A DNA stretch of 64,000 bases from an uncultured Nitrososphaerales archaeon (lineage in GTDB: Archaea > Thermoproteota > Nitrososphaeria > Nitrososphaerales > Nitrososphaeraceae): contig CAVQMO010000001.1 of NCBI GenBank assembly GCA_963713605.1, positions 544,001 through 608,000 on the forward strand, given 5' to 3'. Position numbers and translations under genes: made by a program. Below are positions 10,905 to 22,715 of the stretch, in pieces. Under the pieces are notes generated by a model. It saw nothing but the letters and a program-made list of their open reading frames with translations. It had not been told where the DNA came from and did no database searches. The number at the start of each line of letters is the position of its first letter. Within the stretch, counting starts at the first letter, position 1.

Positions 10905-11234
10905 ATGATTAAGGGAGACGAACTATTCATTATTGGACTTATCAGCGTGATTCTATTCCTAGGACTAAAAATACAACCGACGTTTAGTCAGTCGCTTATA
11001 GAAAATGTATCAAGCAGAAATAGCAGTACTATTAGTAATAGTACAGCGGAATCAATAGCAGAGAAGGTTGTAGATCCAGAGTCACTAATACTAGGCATAC
11101 CTGATCAGGCCGGAGAGAATGACACACTAGATCGAATGATTGGTGAATGCGGAATAATCGAGCCCAGTAGTGAGATGGAAGAAGGTGAAGAAATCGGTGA
11201 GTGTCAAGAAAGGATTCTTAATACGACAGACTGA
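10905..11234 (+). CDS. Small secreted acidic protein
   Basis: Hydrophobic N-terminus, N/S-rich linker, two Cys. Confidence 0.55.
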   Translation: MIKGDELFIIGLISVILFLGLKIQPTFSQSLIENVSSRNSSTISNSTAESIAEKVVDPESLILGIPDQAGENDTLDRMIGECGIIEPSSEMEEGEEIGECQERILNTTD

Positions 11235-11370
11235 CATTGCCACAAACAAAGAATGAAATGAAGGCTAACTATAGATATTTTGCACTTGCAACCCTCTATA
11301 GTAATGGACATCTAAGGCCACGTCGAGAAGAGGATAGATAGCCCAAGCATTACTTGGGTTTAGAGGGGTA

Positions 11371-11448
11371 TTACGACGAAAAGATACCAGTCATGATGCC
11401 TTATTTGATAGTCTTAGGATGTATTCGATGTTTTGGCAGTCCCACTGA
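11371..11448 (+). repeat. Terminase-tail repeat copy
   Basis: Translates KDTSHDALFDSLRMYSMFWQSH*. Confidence 0.75.
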
Positions 11449-11785
11449 CTGGCAGGAATGTCTGACTCCGATAGAGCACGCCTCTATTTGCGTTTGAGTG
11501 TTTCCGAACCAGCCTTCATGTCTCAATCTATGGGGTTTGTCGTGGAGAAGCAAACCTCTCTTACCAATAATGCGACTATGGATGTACCAACGAAGATGGC
11601 ACTTAAGGAGTGACCTGCGAAGTAGCATTATCACTAGGACATACTATCCTTTTTAGTTAGTTCCTCGCTCGGAAATATATCAAAATGGCTATCTGTAAAC
11701 GATGCGGCAGAAACCGACCGTGTTATCTTTCTTTTTGTTACTGCGAGTTGAAAGGTCAAATTGTTCCCGAAGGAGTCTTGGAGTC

Positions 11786-11971
11786 ATGACTGCCGCTATC
11801 GAGAATGAAAACAGAGGGGATAACAAGAATCCTTGTCCAACTTGTAAGCACCCAATGGATATTCATTATTTCACAAAGGACGGAGAAGAGAGGATAAGAT
11901 GTCGAAGCATGGATTGTAAATGTGTCAGTTTGGTGGGTCATGATCCAGAAGGTCTATTAGACGAACTCTAA
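11786..11971 (+). CDS. Small Cys/His-rich (Zn-binding) protein
   Basis: CPTCKHPMDIH..CRSMDCKC; 3' end runs into a terminase-tail repeat. Confidence 0.5.
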   Translation: MTAAIENENRGDNKNPCPTCKHPMDIHYFTKDGEERIRCRSMDCKCVSLVGHDPEGLLDEL

Positions 11972-12065
11972 AAACTTCACATGATAAACTGAGGGATACA
12001 TTCAGATTGTCTTTGCAGTATGGTGCGTCACTGAGGACTTCAGGCTTTCACTGCAGTTCTGGCAT
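11948..12065 (+). repeat. Two adjacent terminase-tail repeat copies
   Basis: EGLLDE../TSHDKLRDTFRLSLQY (11948-12021) and DFRLSLQFWH (12036-12065). Confidence 0.75.
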
Positions 12066-12274
12066 AATTGGATAATAACTATTAATATGATAGTGTGTGT
12101 GCCAGAAGTCCCACACAAAGCCAAGATTGGTTCTGAAGTAGCACCTTTATGGTAAGTCTGACCTCCAGATTCTCCTGGAAGATGCTGTCTTCTGTGATTA
12201 CTTGAGCATTTAAGGTTTAAATCAATAGTGACGATTTTCCCATGATAGAATGGGATATGCGTTTGTTGCTGCTG

Positions 12275-12328
12275 CATGACCTGACGGATGCATTTAGAAT
12301 GTCTTTGCAGTATTGGAAAAGCGACTAG
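12275..12328 (+). repeat. Terminase-tail repeat copy
   Basis: Translates HDLTDAFRMSLQYWKSD*. Confidence 0.75.
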
Positions 12329-12424
12329 GCGAAAGGAATTTGTGAAGGGATTTTTATCGCTTAATCCCTTGAAACCAACTCGACAAAACCTTAAATCTTG
12401 TTACCATTAGTGCTTCTGGCAGAG

Positions 12425-12751
12425 ATGGCAGAAGATACGAGAATAGATGAGGGCACACTAGAAAGAATCTGGTCGAACTTGATGAACCACTTATGTGAAA
12501 GGCATGGGAGGCAGGCTAGAAATGTAAACCCTACATCGGACAATCCTAGACCTACTGATTGGGAGATAGAGAACCTTCGAAATGGACGTTATGGCGGATA
12601 TGATAATGCGGCATACTTCAGAAGACATTTGGCAGAACTAGCGAATCGGTATCCTGAAATACAAATTGAAGGAGATGTTATCAGGCTTACACCCCAAGGT
12701 GTAGATTATTGCAATTCCAATTTTCCAGGCTGGCAAAGAGAATTTAAATGA
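12425..12751 (+). CDS. Hypothetical protein, possible winged-helix
   Basis: C-terminal IQIEGDVIRLTPQG resembles a wHTH wing; T-run follows the stop. Confidence 0.5.
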   Translation: MAEDTRIDEGTLERIWSNLMNHLCERHGRQARNVNPTSDNPRPTDWEIENLRNGRYGGYDNAAYFRRHLAELANRYPEIQIEGDVIRLTPQGVDYCNSNFPGWQREFK

Positions 12752-13452
12752 TTTTTTTCCTTCGGGCGTGGTGTTTCATATGCATCTTGAACTCTTGGAA
12801 ACGACCCTTTAGACCGTCCTATATTCTATCCCACCTATCGAAAGTTTGGCACCGACAACGACCGTGGAGAGCAGTCCCTGAGTTAAGTGGGCTGTTCCCC
12901 TTATTAGGATCGCATGCCTAGTCACGAAGTATGTAGTATGGTAAAGAGTAGAGTTGGTGTAGTCAAGTCACTAGCATGAGAGATAAGGTTTAGGGAATAT
13001 TCTATCAAAGGCAATACCCAGATGCCACTGAGTTGAAGGTTCCACTGACAGACATTATGTTTGTTACAAGTGAAATTTTGATTCATGAATTTTCGCCTAT
13101 CTTAAAACCGATATCTCGGTAAATCGACGACCTCTTTTTCTATTAAATGGCCCTCAGCGATATAATGGTCCAACGCATATCATTTTATTATGACAATAAC
13201 CTACGAATAAAGTGGTTTGTCTCACTCCTGGCGTTTAATAAATAATAGACTAACTGCACACACGCAGGAAAATCGGAAGTTCGAAGGGGATAATCAACGT
13301 GATGTGAAATACATATACGTTGCATTCATTTACCAGACTTAGAATCCTGTTATCGCACCGATATCCGAAGTTCATATGACTTTTGGCCAAAAATGATGCT
13401 CAAAAAAGCGGCTCTATTAGTGTACTTGTTCTTCCACCTGCCGCGATCTGTT

Positions 13453-13980
13453 CTAGTCCTGGCCGATGATCAGGCGAGCGTGCCGACTATCCCTCGACGA
13501 CCGCAGGAGACCAGGGAACAGGTGGCCGATGGCTTCGTGCACAAGGTCAATCGCCTCGCCCCCCTTGAGTTTCGCGGGGTCCTCGACCTCGGGCACGGTT
13601 TGGCCGAGTTGCTTGACCCGTTCCAGGAATCCCATAGTCATGGCTTGCGCGAGAGGTGAGATCGGCGCGTCGAGCGGTACCACGGGTTGATTGAAAACGG
13701 GCACTGGCCGCGCGACGATGTCAGGCCAGGTCTCTGGCTCTCGCGGAACGTCGAGGGTGAACACCCGACTGAAGTCGGGAGCGTCGGCGTCGCGGGCGGT
13801 GAAGGGCAGGCCAAGGTTCCATCGCTCACGCAGCGTGCGGATTACCGACGTGTGACGGTAGGTGTCGGTGACGACGGTCTTCTCCGGGATCCATGGCGAT
13901 ATCGCAATTGCCGGGAGGCGGATGCCTAGGCGGTTGAAGGTGAAGCCCATCTGCCCGGGCGGCCTGGAAGCGACGAACAA
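13453..13980 (-). pseudogene. 5'-truncated phosphoesterase / phospholipase C family fragment, GC-rich, bacterial-like
   Basis: FTFNRLGIRLPAIAISPWI..YRHTSVIRTLRERWNL..TARDA; 13741-13800 is 42/60 G+C against an AT-rich background. Confidence 0.85.
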
Positions 13981-14766
13981 TTTGCTTGCCATGTTTACAA
14001 ACAAGATATCTGGCAGACATGACGGCGATACTGTTTCGGCTTTGTCAGTACCTCTATTATGAGCGACAACGCGAAGCAAATCTGAAACATTTGCTCTCGA
14101 ACCAATCTATTAATCTTCGTCAAGTTAAGATTAGAATGAATACACGAAATGATTCAGAAACTAAACACCGATACAGATACTACAATTATTACTAGTAGTA
14201 TACAGCTCAACATACGGACTGGACTATCGCTGTTCATACGGTGAAATGAAAAGTGGAGTCGGTTAGTTAATGTTTATGAACTGACAGAAATAGTTTGGTT
14301 ATCGATCGTCTGGTTAGCGGTAAAATGCACGTTTATGAATATGTATTATGAATATGTATTCATCTAGATGATGGGGCAGATAGTATTATTACCGATCTAT
14401 GAGAATTTTGAAGCAATTAGGGCCAATGGTTTTTTCCTGTTATCATTAACTATTCATCTGTAGATCGCTCGCTACCATTTGTTATTAGTTGTTATTTTGA
14501 ACCATATTGATGGGGGTATCGAGCACCAACTTTGGCCCGTAGTAATATAAAGAATATTAAGTATTATACAGTCTTGGCTTGACAGTATACGTGCCATCAC
14601 TGCGTTCTAGCATCTGCTTATAATGTGCAAAAGTACTTGCTCGTGAACAGAATCGCAAAAAGATTATCCTCGAATATATGAAAGCGGTCGATACACTAAC
14701 CATTAGTGATGAATACAAACTTCACAAACAGCGCAGCGTGCCGCTTACGAAGATAAATTAAAGAAC

Positions 14767-15096
14767 GTGCCAAAAGTCGAACAACTTCAAGAGCAGCTCA
14801 CCTATAGAATAATTGAGCAAGATTCACTCAAAAGAAAATATGAAAAAGATATGATTCAAATTTGCAGTATCATTCAGCGAAGCGCTAGCTACGATGATGA
14901 CGGATTGGCTACCTTCCTTAGGATGAAGAATTGCGATAACCACCGTCTTGATACAGACGGTGAAGATTGGCCGGCAATTGATTGGAATGAAGTGGGTTTG
15001 AGTAAGCGATTTGCAAGCCTAGGCGATTCCGATATGGCGTGGATTCATAGAAGATTGGCGGAGTCAATAGCCGCTTATTTAGACTTATGGAAGTAG
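14767..15096 (+). CDS. Hypothetical protein
   Basis: 109-aa ORF, no recognisable motif. Confidence 0.4.
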   Translation: MPKVEQLQEQLTYRIIEQDSLKRKYEKDMIQICSIIQRSASYDDDGLATFLRMKNCDNHRLDTDGEDWPAIDWNEVGLSKRFASLGDSDMAWIHRRLAESIAAYLDLWK

Positions 15097-15238
15097 ATTA
15101 AGGGTGTTACTAGTAAGGAAGCTTCAAGGTCTTGAGCGTAAAAGTGTGTAGATATCGCTATCGACTTATAAGAAGAACAAGGCTAGTAAAGCGTTGTATC
15201 GAAAGCTCCCTTATATACGAGCGACATGATACATATAG

Positions 15239-16344
15239 ATGTTGGGGATAAACACGGATTTCTCCCTATGGATGGCAGTCGTAACCATATTCTTAGTACT
15301 GGGCTTTGGACTTGCGCCAGCAATGTTTTTTCCTACATACGGGTCAAGCGACAATAGTAGTCTTCCAAAAGTATCAGACAAAAATGTAAGCGGAATAGAA
15401 AACGGTAATGTTACTACAAAAGGCAATGTATTTTTAAATCAAACAAAGGATACAGCAGGCAATCAAACTGTTTTGGCTATTAATAGCACTAATACTACGA
15501 GCGCAAATGGGACTAATGCAAAAATACTTACCAACGCATTGCAGCAACCGCTAGCGCCTTTGCAGCCATTACGTGGTTTATTGCCTGCACCATCTCAATC
15601 GCAACAACAACAACAACAACCCTCCACCTTACAACAACAACTACCACCTTTACAATCACCACTTAACCTTATCCCACCCCAATCATCACCACAACAACAA
15701 AATCCCCTTCCTCTCATGCAACCTTCACAGCAACTGCCCCCGCCTATAGGTGGTCCATTAGAGCAGCTAGGCCAAACGCAAGGCTTTCAACAACCATTCA
15801 CTATGATGCCTCCTCCTTCCACTCCACTATATCCAGTCCCATCATTTCCTTATGCAGAATATAACTATCAGCCTCCGGTGATCTTGAGCCAATCTTCATA
15901 CGTCAACAATATCGGCAGCATGCATATTGTAGGTGAGATCTTGAATCAAGCCCCAGTGACTGCCAAGTTTGTTAAGATTATAGCAACTTTCTACAATGCA
16001 AATGGTCAAGTTATAGGAACTAGCTTTACATATGCAGATCCTTCAGATCTAGCACCCGGCCAAAGACTCCATTTAACATTATTGCATCAGAAGGAAGCGT
16101 GCCCATGTACCAAATGAGTAGTTATGGATTAACGGTTGACCCAAGTAATATGCCAACGAGTTATCCTTATGTCTATCAGCCATCGCCAAGCGGAAACTGC
16201 AGCCCTTTGTATCCCGATATATGCATACCACCGCCGCCCCCCGTGTTGAACTGTAATGACATTTCAGCAAGAAACTTCAGAATAATTGGACTTGATCTGC
16301 ATAACTTCGATGGAGATAACGATGGCATTGGCTGTGAGGAATAA
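15239..16344 (+). CDS. Secreted Q/P-rich protein with FxLYD-like Ig domain and C-terminal excalibur-like Ca-binding domain (frameshift ~16070)
   Basis: Signal/TM segment; HIVGEILN..VKIIATFYNANGQVIGT..LAPGQ; CSPLYPDICIPPPPPVLNC..FDGDNDGIGCE. Confidence 0.75.
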
Positions 16345-17422
16345 GGAATAAATGAACCTGATCTCGCAGTAGAGCACCATCTATGATTACACTGGCCTGT
16401 TAAACGAATGTGGAAGATCGATCAAGAGCAAGAGCAAGCAAAGCAAGAGCAGTCTGAGATTAGTACAAAAATACAATCTACTTAGTCTTCGAATAGATCT
16501 GAAAGTGATTCTAATTCATTCCATGCTTATTGCCATCAACTATTTTCATAGCATCAACTAACTATTTCTTAATTGATTCGTCTTCATCTTGAAAGAGCCG
16601 CAAGACAATATCGAATAGAATCTTCTACATAGATGAAAATAGTTTCATAGAGAATGTATAACTAAACAAAATAAATCATTGTTCCTCGCAAGACGCATGG
16701 TAACTCCAAAGAGACTAACTAGAAAATGCACAGAATGTGATGGAATGATGGATGGCGAACTTCAACCCATTCAAAATGAAGTTCCGCTGTCAACATATCA
16801 AAAAATAATTCCGGTTAATTATATGCCCGAAATCATGAAAAACATCATTTCTACAAAGTTTTAATATATAATAACTATGGATATCTAAAGATATTTTAAT
16901 TTTGGATCATTGGAGAACAAGATACGGAAACTTAGAAGCGAAATCATAGATTTAGAGTTCAAAAAGAAAGAACTGAAAGATACTCTTATTCTACAGAATG
17001 CTCAATTATTAGATCTTGGCCGAGCTATTACGAAATTTCAAAATCTATCAATAGCGAGAAACAGTAGCTAAGTACCAACGCAGCCAACGCCTGTCAGGTG
17101 TTGGCTTTGGTAAAGCTACAATGCAGATCGGTGATTCCGAAGTATACTATCGGTCCTGTTTCCGTCCGCAACATATCTCCCGCCCCCCCAGACTTGCGAT
17201 CACTTATCCCTTCATATGTCCCACACCTTCAACTTCCTTTTTCTCTTTGTCTGAAGCGACATCCTTTCGTTATCTCCCTATCAGTCTGAGCAGTCTCCAT
17301 AATGAGAACGCGGAATTGTATAACTAATTCTTGTCCTTTAAGAGCAGCGCAGTAGAATAATAGTATCGTTCTTCGGCCGCTTCCGGTCTATGCTGGTTTT
17401 AGGCGTAAATCAGTATTATCTA

Positions 17423-18547
17423 TCAAGAAAGTTTGCTGTATGTTGAAACTTGGCAATCACTAAATATTGATCTTATATCAAAGTCATTAGCTCTGTTTTG
17501 GTCTATATTCTTCTGTCCTTGAAACAGCTGGCCAAATATAGCATTTTGTTGATCGGTGATTATTTGACTATTATCTGAGTTTATCTGCACTGCAAGTCTT
17601 CTGTTGCTTTTGCCACTGTACTGCTTGTTGTCGTCATCGCCGTCGCTATTACCATTGTTGTCTCCCCCTTCGGACGGAGTAATCTTATCGTCACCGTTGC
17701 CATTGTTGCTTTCAGGGATTCCTTCCACTGTCATTATAAAGGTACCGCCGCAGTTAGTTGCAGGAAGTGATGGAAACCATGGAGCTATTATTTGCGAAGG
17801 GGTCGAGACGCCACCCACACCACCAGCCGCTGCCATGGGATATCCGGCACCTGGATAGGTTCCTGTAGGAGGATAAACGGTCGATGGGTATGTTGTACCT
17901 GAAGGTGGATAAACATTAGGGGGAAATATTGTACCTGAGGGTGGATAGTATGATGCTTGTGGTTGCACTGTGGGAATTGTAGACGTTAAGGGAGAAGATG
18001 GAAAAAATTGTTGCTGTTGAGCAGTAGATTGTGGAATAAGCTGCTGAGTAGTAGATGGCTGTTGAGAAATTAGTGGTTGTTGTTGTATAACCTGTCCAGG
18101 GGCAGGAATCTGTTGTTGTCTTGACAGAGTAGCATTAGGTGTAGGCGTGATTGTTTCCTGTTGCTGAACTTGTGGTTGTTGCGCCTGTCGTTGAAATGTG
18201 GATGGCTGTTGCTGTATTAGAGGAATCGTAGGTTGTGGCTGCTGCACTTGGACAGTCTGATTTGATGGAACAGCTGACCCTGAGGTAGTATTTCCTGTTA
18301 TTTGTTTAGCACCAGTCGTATTCTGCGTGCCTATAGGACTGAGGGTAGCGTTAGTAGCGGTAGTTGTTGTCATAGAAGAGTTGCTATTAGGCGGTGCTCC
18401 ATCAAGGAGCGACGGCAAGTCAGATACCTGTCCATTAGCCTGCTGTAATACGCCGCTAGAACCCATAGCGATGTAATTAATCACTGCGAACCCAACCGCA
18501 AGTGCCAGAGATCTTAAAGTGATCATCTGTAAAACGGGCAATGCCAA
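17423..18547 (-). CDS. Secreted low-complexity Q/P/T-rich protein with YPPSGT repeats
   Basis: Reverse complement at 18547 reads TTG GCA TTG CCC (MALP), so minus strand; signal-like N-terminus. Confidence 0.7.
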   Translation of the reverse strand: MALPVLQMITLRSLALAVGFAVINYIAMGSSGVLQQANGQVSDLPSLLDGAPPNSNSSMTTTTATNATLSPIGTQNTTGAKQITGNTTSGSAVPSNQTVQVQQPQPTIPLIQQQPSTFQRQAQQPQVQQQETITPTPNATLSRQQQIPAPGQVIQQQPLISQQPSTTQQLIPQSTAQQQQFFPSSPLTSTIPTVQPQASYYPPSGTIFPPNVYPPSGTTYPSTVYPPTGTYPGAGYPMAAAGGVGGVSTPSQIIAPWFPSLPATNCGGTFIMTVEGIPESNNGNGDDKITPSEGGDNNGNSDGDDDNKQYSGKSNRRLAVQINSDNSQIITDQQNAIFGQLFQGQKNIDQNRANDFDIRSIFSDCQVSTYSKLS

Positions 18548-18726
18548 CTATAATAATAATATTAAATGTTATGTAAACTTTCAGATAAATATCTAGAGAT
18601 AAAAAGCAGTCCTCCTTAGATACCGAGTACTAGCAAGGTCTTCTATAGTAGAGAAAAAATAAATTTCTAAATGTATAGATAACCTCTCTCTAAACCGAGA
18701 AAGAGAAGTAAATCCGAGACGTTCTC

Positions 18727-19047
18727 CTATGGCTAAAGCATAGGATAGGAGAACCAGAGAATATTCTTGATTACTATAGTGAGGAGCAGATCTGGCAAAT
18801 GAGATGCGGAGATAATATGCAGATCATCCCAATCAACTTTCAGAAGAGGCATAAAGAGATGCTGCAGTCGCAGCTGATGTCCAAGAGATTTATCAAGATA
18901 CACCCATCATTTCATAAGTTGATTGTATCTCTAAGGACGGCAGTAGTTATCGATGACTGGAAGCTGGACAAACAGCAAACATCTCATGATGATATACTGG
19001 ATTCATTTAGACTCTCCCTATGCAGTTATGAGCCTCCAAGTAACTGA
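18727..19047 (+). pseudogene. Putative terminase large subunit, C-terminal nuclease-domain fragment (longest copy)
   Basis: LKHRIGE..IIPINFQKRHKEML..IKIHPSFHKLIVSLRTAV..LDKQQTSHDDILDSFRLSL; HDDxxD resembles the last acidic motif of terminase RNase H-like domains. Confidence 0.65.
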
Positions 19048-19295
19048 TGTATTGTACGCTCAATGATCTCACGCCATTAGCACAATTTCAATGAAACGGT
19101 AAGGTGTGCGGCCGTCAATGTCAGGTACTGGTGCTCCTGTGAATATAATGGCATTAGGGGCTCCATCGAATGTAATAGCATTATTGTTGATATAGCCGCA
19201 AAAGTTCTGGCACCGACAATACAAAGATACAGTATAAGATTGTGTAGCTATACTCTCTAAGACTATTAAATAGTGCTTTTCAAAAAGGAGATCGA

Positions 19296-21525
19296 TTGAT
19301 GGTGAGGGTAAAACAACCACTTCTCATTCTTTTGCTATTGTCCTCATTTGCTGTTGTTGTTATTTTTGTTGGTGTAGGTGAGCAGGCATCTGCGGCGAAA
19401 GATCAGGATTTCCGTTGTGGCGACTATGGTGGCGAGTTTGGGTTTCACTGTGACCCCTCACTCTACTTATTAACTTCGTTTGCTGAAAGGGCAAATAGGT
19501 CTGAGATTCTACCAGTAACAAACACCGATCCGGTTTATGTGCAAGGTGTAACAGGTAAAGCAGTAGAGCTAAAAGCACCGCATAAAGAATACATAGAGAT
19601 CGAAGATAATCATCACTACTACGACTACGACAACTTCTCGGTATCTTTCTGGATGAAACAAGTGTTTGATCCGAGTGGTGTAGCACAGGTAGGACAGATA
19701 ATCTCTCATACGAATAACGATCAGAAAGGTGGTTGGTTTTTCAATAGTGTGTTTGATGCTGCTGATAATGACTATCTCCAGTTCATCGTATCAGACCAGG
19801 ACAAAAACACAAGCAAATCATCCCCAATACCAGTATCGAATACAACATTTACGCACATAGTAGGTACATTTAATGGTTCTACATTGAGCGTCTACAGAAA
19901 TGGAAGTCTGTATGATGTTCAGCGATTTGAAGGCGACCGCGACAATGTTAGCCCTGACCCGATACTCCCCATTCACATTGGCAGTGCGTCGTTCTGCGAT
20001 TCTTGTGAAAGATGGCCTGGCATTATCGATGAGGTGATGCTGTTTAATGGTACAATCTCAAGCGACGAGGCAAAGCGGTTGTATTCTGGTGAGGGCGTTC
20101 CAGAGGATGCTAACCTAGTGGGACAATGGGGATTTGATGGTAGTCTAGACGATGCGTCTGGCAACAAGAATAACGCAAGCCTATTCACTCCAATGGGAAG
20201 CATTGCCTTTTCGCCGGATGGTCGTTTGTTTCTGTCTCAAATGAATACAGGCAAGATCATGATCATGGACCAGCAGAAATGGCTACCCAATCCATTCGCG
20301 ACCATTGACGGAATCTATGTTAACTGGGAACAGGGCTTACTAGGCATTGCTATCGATCCAAAGTTCCAAGAGAATCATTATGTCTATGCCTACTATACTA
20401 CCACAAGCAACAAAACGGGAGACCCCATCAATAGAGTGGTAAGGTTCACAGACAAAGACAACACAGGCACGGAGATGAAGATACTTTTAGACGATATCCC
20501 CGCATCCATAGGGTATCATGCAGGCGGCGCACTAGCATTCGGTCCAGATGATAAGTTGTATATCACAGTCGGAGATGCAACCCAGCACAGTCTTGCACAA
20601 TCGCTTTCAGTTCCAATAGGCAAGGTGTTACGCATTAATAGAGATGGATCAATCCCTTCAGATAATCCCTTTGAGAACTCACCTATCTACACTCTGGGAC
20701 ACAGAAACATGTATGGCATCGCCTTTGATAGTAATACAGGCTTAGAGTTTGAAAGCGGAGATACTGTATATGATGAGATAAACGTCCTCAAGAAGGGGGG
20801 AAACTACGGGTTTCCAACTTACCAACCAGCGAACGAACCTCCAGAGCTATCGAACTCCACTATCGACATTAAACCTATCAGAAGTTATTGGAACACCATA
20901 ACGCCTACTCAGGCCATATACTACAACGGTACACAGTTCCCAGATTTGCAGAACACTTTCATATTTGGCACATTCACGGGGAACTTGTATTCTGTAGCCC
21001 TGGCAAACAACAACAACAGCGAGGTAGGCAATGAATCACACATCCTTCTCAAGAGTTATCCATTTGAACCAGTCATCTCTGTCGCTGCGTCCCGTCAGGG
21101 AGGACTTTATTTTGGAGCGTTCCATGTCTACAACTTAACATCGCTAGACCTAAGTAAGCGCGTCCAAGACCTCTTCCCTGTGCATATCGAAAAGCCAGAG
21201 TATTTGACTGTTAAAGGACTTACCGTGAACCCAGATCAGAACTTTGTGCTCTTGGACGTTAACAGGTACAGCAGCAGCAACAGGCGAGGAGGGAGAGAAG
21301 GGCGAGCTGAACATAACTGTGCCTGAGTCTCTGCTGGCCGACGTAAATGCAGTCAATATAACACAATCGGGCGTTGAGCAGTCTACGGAGTTTTCGGTTG
21401 ACGAAGACAACGACAACGATACCATTAGTATCCAAGTGTCTCCAGAACTTGAGGGGCGAATAGTCATTTATGGTGACGGGGACTCTGAGATGGATCGAGA
21501 ACTGGCAGAGGAGGTACTGGATTGA
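19296..21525 (+). CDS. Secreted LamG/ConA domain + PQQ-dependent glucose/sorbosone dehydrogenase (frameshift ~21270)
   Basis: FSVSFW, HIVGTFNGSTLSVYRNG, GIIDEV (LamG); EQGLLGIAIDP, HAGGALAFGPDDKLY, GHRN, DEIN..GGNYG (GSDH). Confidence 0.88.
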
Positions 21526-21880
21526 GTAACATAGTAGCAGCAGTTTTTTCTGTGTCGCTGCTCTTACTAATTGTGGCATTGATGTTACTGTTGCTAAGAT
21601 GAGTATCAATATGATTACTGATGCGGAAGGTGTCTGAATTCGCTTTGCATTTACATCAGCCATAACCGTCTGATACAAACTCGAATAAATGATTTATCTG
21701 AATTCTGGAGAATATGCTTGACACTTAAATCTGATTTATCATCTAGGGTTTATGTCTGCTAGTGTCTGAACGATGAAAAAATAAAAAAGATGTAAATAGG
21801 TTCTCGTGTTCTAGGGTTTCGGAACGGACTATGGTGATGATGATGGTGACGGTGATCCGGTGAATCCTTGGTTTGAGTCG

Positions 21881-22012
21881 AAACTCATTATATCATTGAG
21901 AACTGCCTTAGTATTAGATGACTGGAAGTTGGACAAACAACAGACCTCACATGATGATATTCTTGATTCTTTCAGACTGGCACTGTGCAATTATGAGTCT
22001 CCAAAGAATTGA
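21881..22012 (+). repeat. Second 132-bp terminase C-terminal fragment, homologous to 18916-19047
   Basis: KLIISLRTALVLDDWKLDKQQTSHDDILDSFRLALCNYESPKN*; differences from the other copy mostly synonymous. Confidence 0.85.
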
Positions 22013-22288
22013 TGTGTCATCAGAGAGAGACCTGGAAAAAATAGAAATGTATTCAATTAATTCAGTTAATTCAGGTGCCTGATTACTTCTATTTAGTAAA
22101 GACTCGAACAAAGTAATCATAAATATCTATTACAAGTTTTACGTACAATGTTAATGACGATAAGGGCGAAATTTCATAGAACATTGTAAAGAGATATCAC
22201 TTAGGCACATACTTGTCCTTATCCTATCGTGTGAGATCTTGTAGTCACGCTTTTTATACAATAGTTTGATTGGACTTCAACAATTATA

Positions 22289-22393
22289 ATGGTGATGCAA
22301 TGCATCAAATGTGGTGCAACATGGGAAAGTCCAGACGGAGCGGATGAAAAACAGTTTGCAGTATGCAAAGAATGCTCCAAGAAATACAAGTAG
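22289..22393 (+). CDS. 34-aa Zn-ribbon microprotein (not in ORF track)
   Basis: MVMQCIKCGATWESPDGADEKQFAVCKECSKKYK*, two CxxC; TATA-like ttttata upstream. Confidence 0.55.
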   Translation: MVMQCIKCGATWESPDGADEKQFAVCKECSKKYK

Positions 22394-22508
22394 ATATGGG
22401 CTTTGAGTTTCTAACTCAACGTGTGCTGTCACTTGTTCTTGTCAATGGAAAGTAAAGTACTGAGCATAGAAAAACGTTATCAATTACAGAGTAAACTCCC
22501 AGTAGAAC

Positions 22509-22715
22509 TTATTTGTGCAGTAGAATTAAGCCTTCTACGTCATGCGGATAACAAATAAATTTACCTTCCTTCGGAGTTTTGATTCCTACGACAGCATCTT
22601 TGCAACTAGGACAAACCTGATAGTAAACATACACTTGTTTGTTGTCCTTATTAAGACCTATTGGAAAGTTCCACATTTGGGGATGGAAGTTGCTTTTACA
22701 ATTAGGACATTCCAT
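22509..22715 (-). CDS. Small Zn-finger protein
   Basis: CPNC..CPSC. Confidence 0.65.
   Translation of the reverse strand: MECPNCKSNFHPQMWNFPIGLNKDNKQVYVYYQVCPSCKDAVVGIKTPKEGKFICYPHDVEGLILLHK

Noticed and set aside
17423..18547. ORF track lists this ORF as + strand
   Set aside because: The protein is encoded by the reverse complement (TTG GCA TTG CCC from 18547); annotated as minus.
18916..22012. Diversity-generating retroelement TR/VR pair
   Set aside because: Differences are mostly synonymous and not adenine-specific; no reverse transcriptase in the window.
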